Assembly (NCBI GenBank): GCA_958009085.1
Contig: OY253669.1
Span: forward strand, 744,001 to 808,000
Direction of reading: 5' to 3'
Source of the DNA: Protoeuglena noctilucae
Taxonomy: Eukaryota
DNA: 64,000 nt
This document shows positions 60,742 to 64,000 of this stretch, in pieces. A model generated the notes under the pieces. It saw nothing but the letters and a program-made list of their open reading frames with translations. It searched no databases and was not told the origin of the DNA. The position numbers were made by a program, and so were the translations under genes. Position 1 is the first letter of the stretch, and each line of letters starts with the position of its first letter.

Positions 60742-62406
60742 ATGTCGTTCGCCGCCCAGTCCTCCTTCCTCGGGGCTGCGGTCCAGTCCAAGGCCGTGAG
60801 GTGGGTCCCCGCAGCCTCACCCTGCACTTCCTTACCGGTTGCGATATCTTCGTTGCGAAACCGAGCCTCCTGGGGGATCCGGCGGGCCCGGAGCGACGGG
60901 CTCGCTCAGCAGTGGATCTGCCCCCCTCGATGGCGATGTTCCGGCCTGCCCGGGCCCTGGGCCCGCCTCCGGGGATTCTCCGCTCCCGATGTTTCGCTTC
61001 CTCCATCGTTTGCGCCGCTCCGGACGCCCCCACGCGCCGCGCGCGACCGCAACCCGTCGGGATTCGAGTTTCGCCTTCCCCGGGCCGGGGAGCCCCGCCC
61101 TGGCCTCGCGACCGCCCTTCCCGTGGTCTTTTGTGACTGAACAACCCGGCATGATCGCGTCGGGGCCCGCCGTCCTTTCGCGGGGCCGCAGGGGACCCCC
61201 CGAGCTTGCCCCCTGCATGCGAGCGCGGGGGTCCCAGGACCCGCCGAGGAGGTGCTCCGCGCGTTCCTCGGCCTCGTTTATCGCACGCGGCGTGCTCGAC
61301 GCGGTCGCGCGGATCGGATCGCGCGCGGTCGTGTCGGGGCCGGGGCCGTGATCCGCCCCCTCGACACCTCCGCGGCCGCGGGGCGCCCCCGCCGGTGTAC
61401 CTTGTGGTGCCGCCGGCGAGAGCGATCGCGGATTACGCCGAATCGCTCGGGCGCGCGGCCTGCCCCGTCCCGGGCGCTTCCCGGGGGGCAGAATCTGCCC
61501 GATGCGAGCGCCCTGCTCCGCCCGGGCGGCCCCGGGGGTCTCCGAGGGATTTCCTCGCCGCGTTTCGTTCGTTTCGATCGTGGGCTTTCCGGGCGCCGCG
61601 TCGCACGCTCGCCATAGCCGGGGGGAGTCGCGTCCCTCTGTAACCCGCGCGGGGGCGGGCAGAGCGTGCGTCGTTGTGGGCGGCGGGCCCCGCGGCGGAT
61701 CGTTGACGCGGTGTCTGGCCAAAGCATCCAGTCGCTCGCGGCGCTCCCGCGGAGGCGGGGGCGCAGCGTTGCGCGGAGGCCTGGGGGACCGTGTCAGGCC
61801 GGTGACGGACCAGCACAACCCGGCGCTGTTTGCAGTTGGCAGACAGCATCGCCGAGATCCCAGCCGCGGGCCCCCCGTCGTTCCTGGCGGCGTGCGTGAG
61901 CCACACCCCCCTCTGCTCCCCGCAGCCGCCGCACCCAGGTCAACACCCAGGTCGTGGCGACGAAGGTCAAGAAGATCTCCATCAAGGGCCTCGACAGCAT
62001 CGACAACGATGTCGTCCGCAAGAACCTGGTGAGTTGCCGCGGTGATCGGGACCTATCCAATCGAGCGTGCAGCGCCGTGCTGGGCTGTCGCTCGCCAGCC
62101 GCTGCATCCCGGTTGTCAACCCCCAACCCCACCCGCTCCCCGCAGCGCGGTGAGTCCGAGTCGATGAAGAAGGCCGGCTGGACGGACCCCCAGGGCCGCA
62201 AGGGCAAGGGCTACGGGGTGTACCGCTACGCGGACAAGTACGGGGCGAACGTGGACGGCTACTCGCCCATCTACACCCCGGACATCTGGTCCGAGACGGG
62301 TGACACGTACACGCTGGGGACCAAGGGCCTGATCGCCTGGGCGGGGCTCATCGTGGTCCTCCTGGCCATCAGCGTGAACCTCATCGTCTCCACCTCCGCC
62401 CTCTGA
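60742..62406 (+). CDS. psbR: Photosystem II 10-kDa subunit PsbR precursor, 3 exons
   Basis: Transit peptide MSFAAQSSFLGAAVQSKAVS|RRTQVNTQVVA. Mature region GRKGKGYGVYRYADKYGANVDGYSPIY and a C-terminal TM GLIAWAGLIVVLLAI. Confidence 0.95.
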
Positions 62407-62698
62407 GCCGGGTTTTGCGTGGGACGGGCCGCGCACGCGCCGGCCCCAGTGCTTCTTTCGCCCAGGCGTTCCGCCTCTAGACCTGTGTAGATACCCAAAC
62501 CTCCCGTCCGTGCACGCGGCGACGCTCGAGCGCCCGTGAACCAACCGCCCCTTCAAAATGGCCGGCGATGTCTGCCGTGGCATAGCCGGCCGAATTATGA
62601 AAAGTGAGAAGAGAGCAACGCCACGGTTGTCAGCTATGAGAAAAAACAATAAGAAGCAGCGCTGCGGTGTCCCAGCTCGGGAGCTGTGAAACGTGTAA

Positions 62699-64000
62699 CT
62701 ACTCGTCGTCCCACCCGACCTCTTTCCAGCTGCGGACCATGATGTCCACCGCGCGCCGCAAGAGCTCCACGTCGCGCCGCGGCGACGCCTCGCTCCGCCG
62801 CACCGCCGCCCGCATCCGCGTGCTCTCGGGCTGCGAGGGCGGTTGAGTGTGGGTGTGGGTGGCGTCTCGACAAAGGACATTGCCGGCCAGCGTCCCTCCG
62901 CATCCCTCCCAGCAAAGCCACGGACCTCGCTCGCGGGTGACGTGCCCAGCGACCCCGTGTACGCTCCCACCAAGCCCCCCACGTCCCAGTGCCCCCCGTG
63001 CGCCGCTGGACCCGCCGCAGTCGGAGCGCACGTGTCGCGGGGACCGCGGGCACTCGGTGCGTCGGCGAGCGCCACGTGGCTGTGGCTCATGGCCCGGGCA
63101 GGGGCCACGCTGGGGTCCTGGGTGGCTGGCAAGGAGGCGAGTTGCGATTGCACCCAGGTGAAAAAGCCTCGGTAGGAGCTCCACTGCCGCCTGCCCACGT
63201 CGATGGCCTGCGTATTCGAGAGAAGGGCTGAACGCGGTCGTCATCGTGGCACGTGCGGTCGCCGCCCCGCGCGACTGCACGTGGTGGCGCCTGCGCCATG
63301 GGCAGGCGGGCTGTGAAAGGCCCAGCCAGTGACCCCTCGCCTGGAGCTCTGGGCACGAAGAGACGAGTTTGAGGAGCGGCTGCCACTGCTCCTGCTCGCT
63401 CAGACGACTGCAGTCGAAGACCTTCAGGGAGCGTAGACGGCGGCAGGACGACAGCTGGCTCAGGCCCGCCACGGTGATGCCGTCGGCGCTCTGCAGCTCT
63501 GCGAGGGGCGGTGCGGGGCAGGTGAGGTGGTAAGCCGTGCCGGGTGTGCACCATGCATCGAGCGTCGCCCAAGCGTCAGGCATGCACCCTGCGTGCTGGC
63601 GCGTGGGAAGCAAGTCCCGAGTGCTCACCAAGTGACTCAAGGTGCTTGCAGCGCGCGAGGTGTGCGAGGCCTTCGTCAGTCGCCCTGCTCGCCTGCAGGA
63701 AGGGCCGGGGCCACGCATTTGGTACATGCAAGTGACACTGACCCGCACTCGCGCTTGCCACTGACAGCCAGCCACTCACCAGCACGGAGAGGTGCTTGAG
63801 GGACTGCGCCCTGGAGAGCGCCTCCAACGCCGCGTCTGTGATGCCAGAGGACATGCTGGGGCCCCCGGGAAGCACGAGCGTCTCCAACGACGGAGCGGCA
63901 GCCAGGTACTGCACGCCTGCAAGCGAGGCACCGTAGCGACCGAAGTCAGCGCCGAGACAAGATTGCCAGCGCGGTCGTGGCACCTGACGTGTGCACCGGC
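62699..64000 (-). CDS. Leucine-rich repeat (RNI-like / F-box-LRR type) protein, 3' part; continues beyond the window
   Basis: ITDAALEALSRAQSLKHLSV, ATDEGLAHLARCKHLESL, ITVAGLSQLSSCRRLRSLKVFDCSRL. Stop TAG 62701-62699. Confidence 0.8.

Noticed and set aside
5613..62700. TGTAA as a general poly(A) signal
   Set aside because: Found plausibly only after PsbR and AP2 (~43218, minus strand) and not after most other genes, so it was not annotated as a feature.
1..64000. Hundreds of long overlapping ORFs in the six-frame track
   Set aside because: They are R/P/A/G-rich shadow frames expected at this GC content. Real coding segments are the spliced exons with recognisable motifs.
1..64000. Alternative nuclear genetic code (TAA/TAG = Gln, as in some ulvophytes)
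   Set aside because: Conserved proteins end at the expected place with TAG (RNR2 FTTEEDF*) or TAA, and no in-frame TAR was needed inside conserved exons.
1..64000. Introner-type transposable introns as the source of GC donors
   Set aside because: I could not see shared internal sequence or terminal inverted repeats between different introns. An all-vs-all intron alignment would be needed to exclude old families.

Overview
GC-rich, gene-dense eukaryotic nuclear DNA from a photosynthetic, probably flagellated green alga. PsbR with a transit peptide, an AP2/ERF factor, CFAP157, CFAP206 and a SHIPPO-repeat protein support this. I built about 15 intron-rich gene models by hand: coiled-coil + PTC7-type PP2C, orphan coiled-coil, CFAP157, ACAD10/11 (IBR3-like), a 9.7-kb helical-repeat gene, A20/AN1 SAP, CFAP206, a large Ig/Cys-rich multi-TM protein, plastid CBS-pair, AP2/ERF, SHIPPO/ODF3-like, RNR small subunit, formin, PsbR and a partial LRR gene. 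Most entries in the ORF track are GC shadow frames. The most unusual signals concern splicing. About 22 of roughly 125 hand-called introns need a GC 5' splice site. At least five introns carry tandem copies of their own exon/intron junction (decoy splice sites). There is also a compact (T4G3-4)x4 tract next to a perfect 15-bp hairpin at 43536-43603. No mobile element, CRISPR array or RNA gene could be supported. All exon calls are manual and lack transcript evidence.
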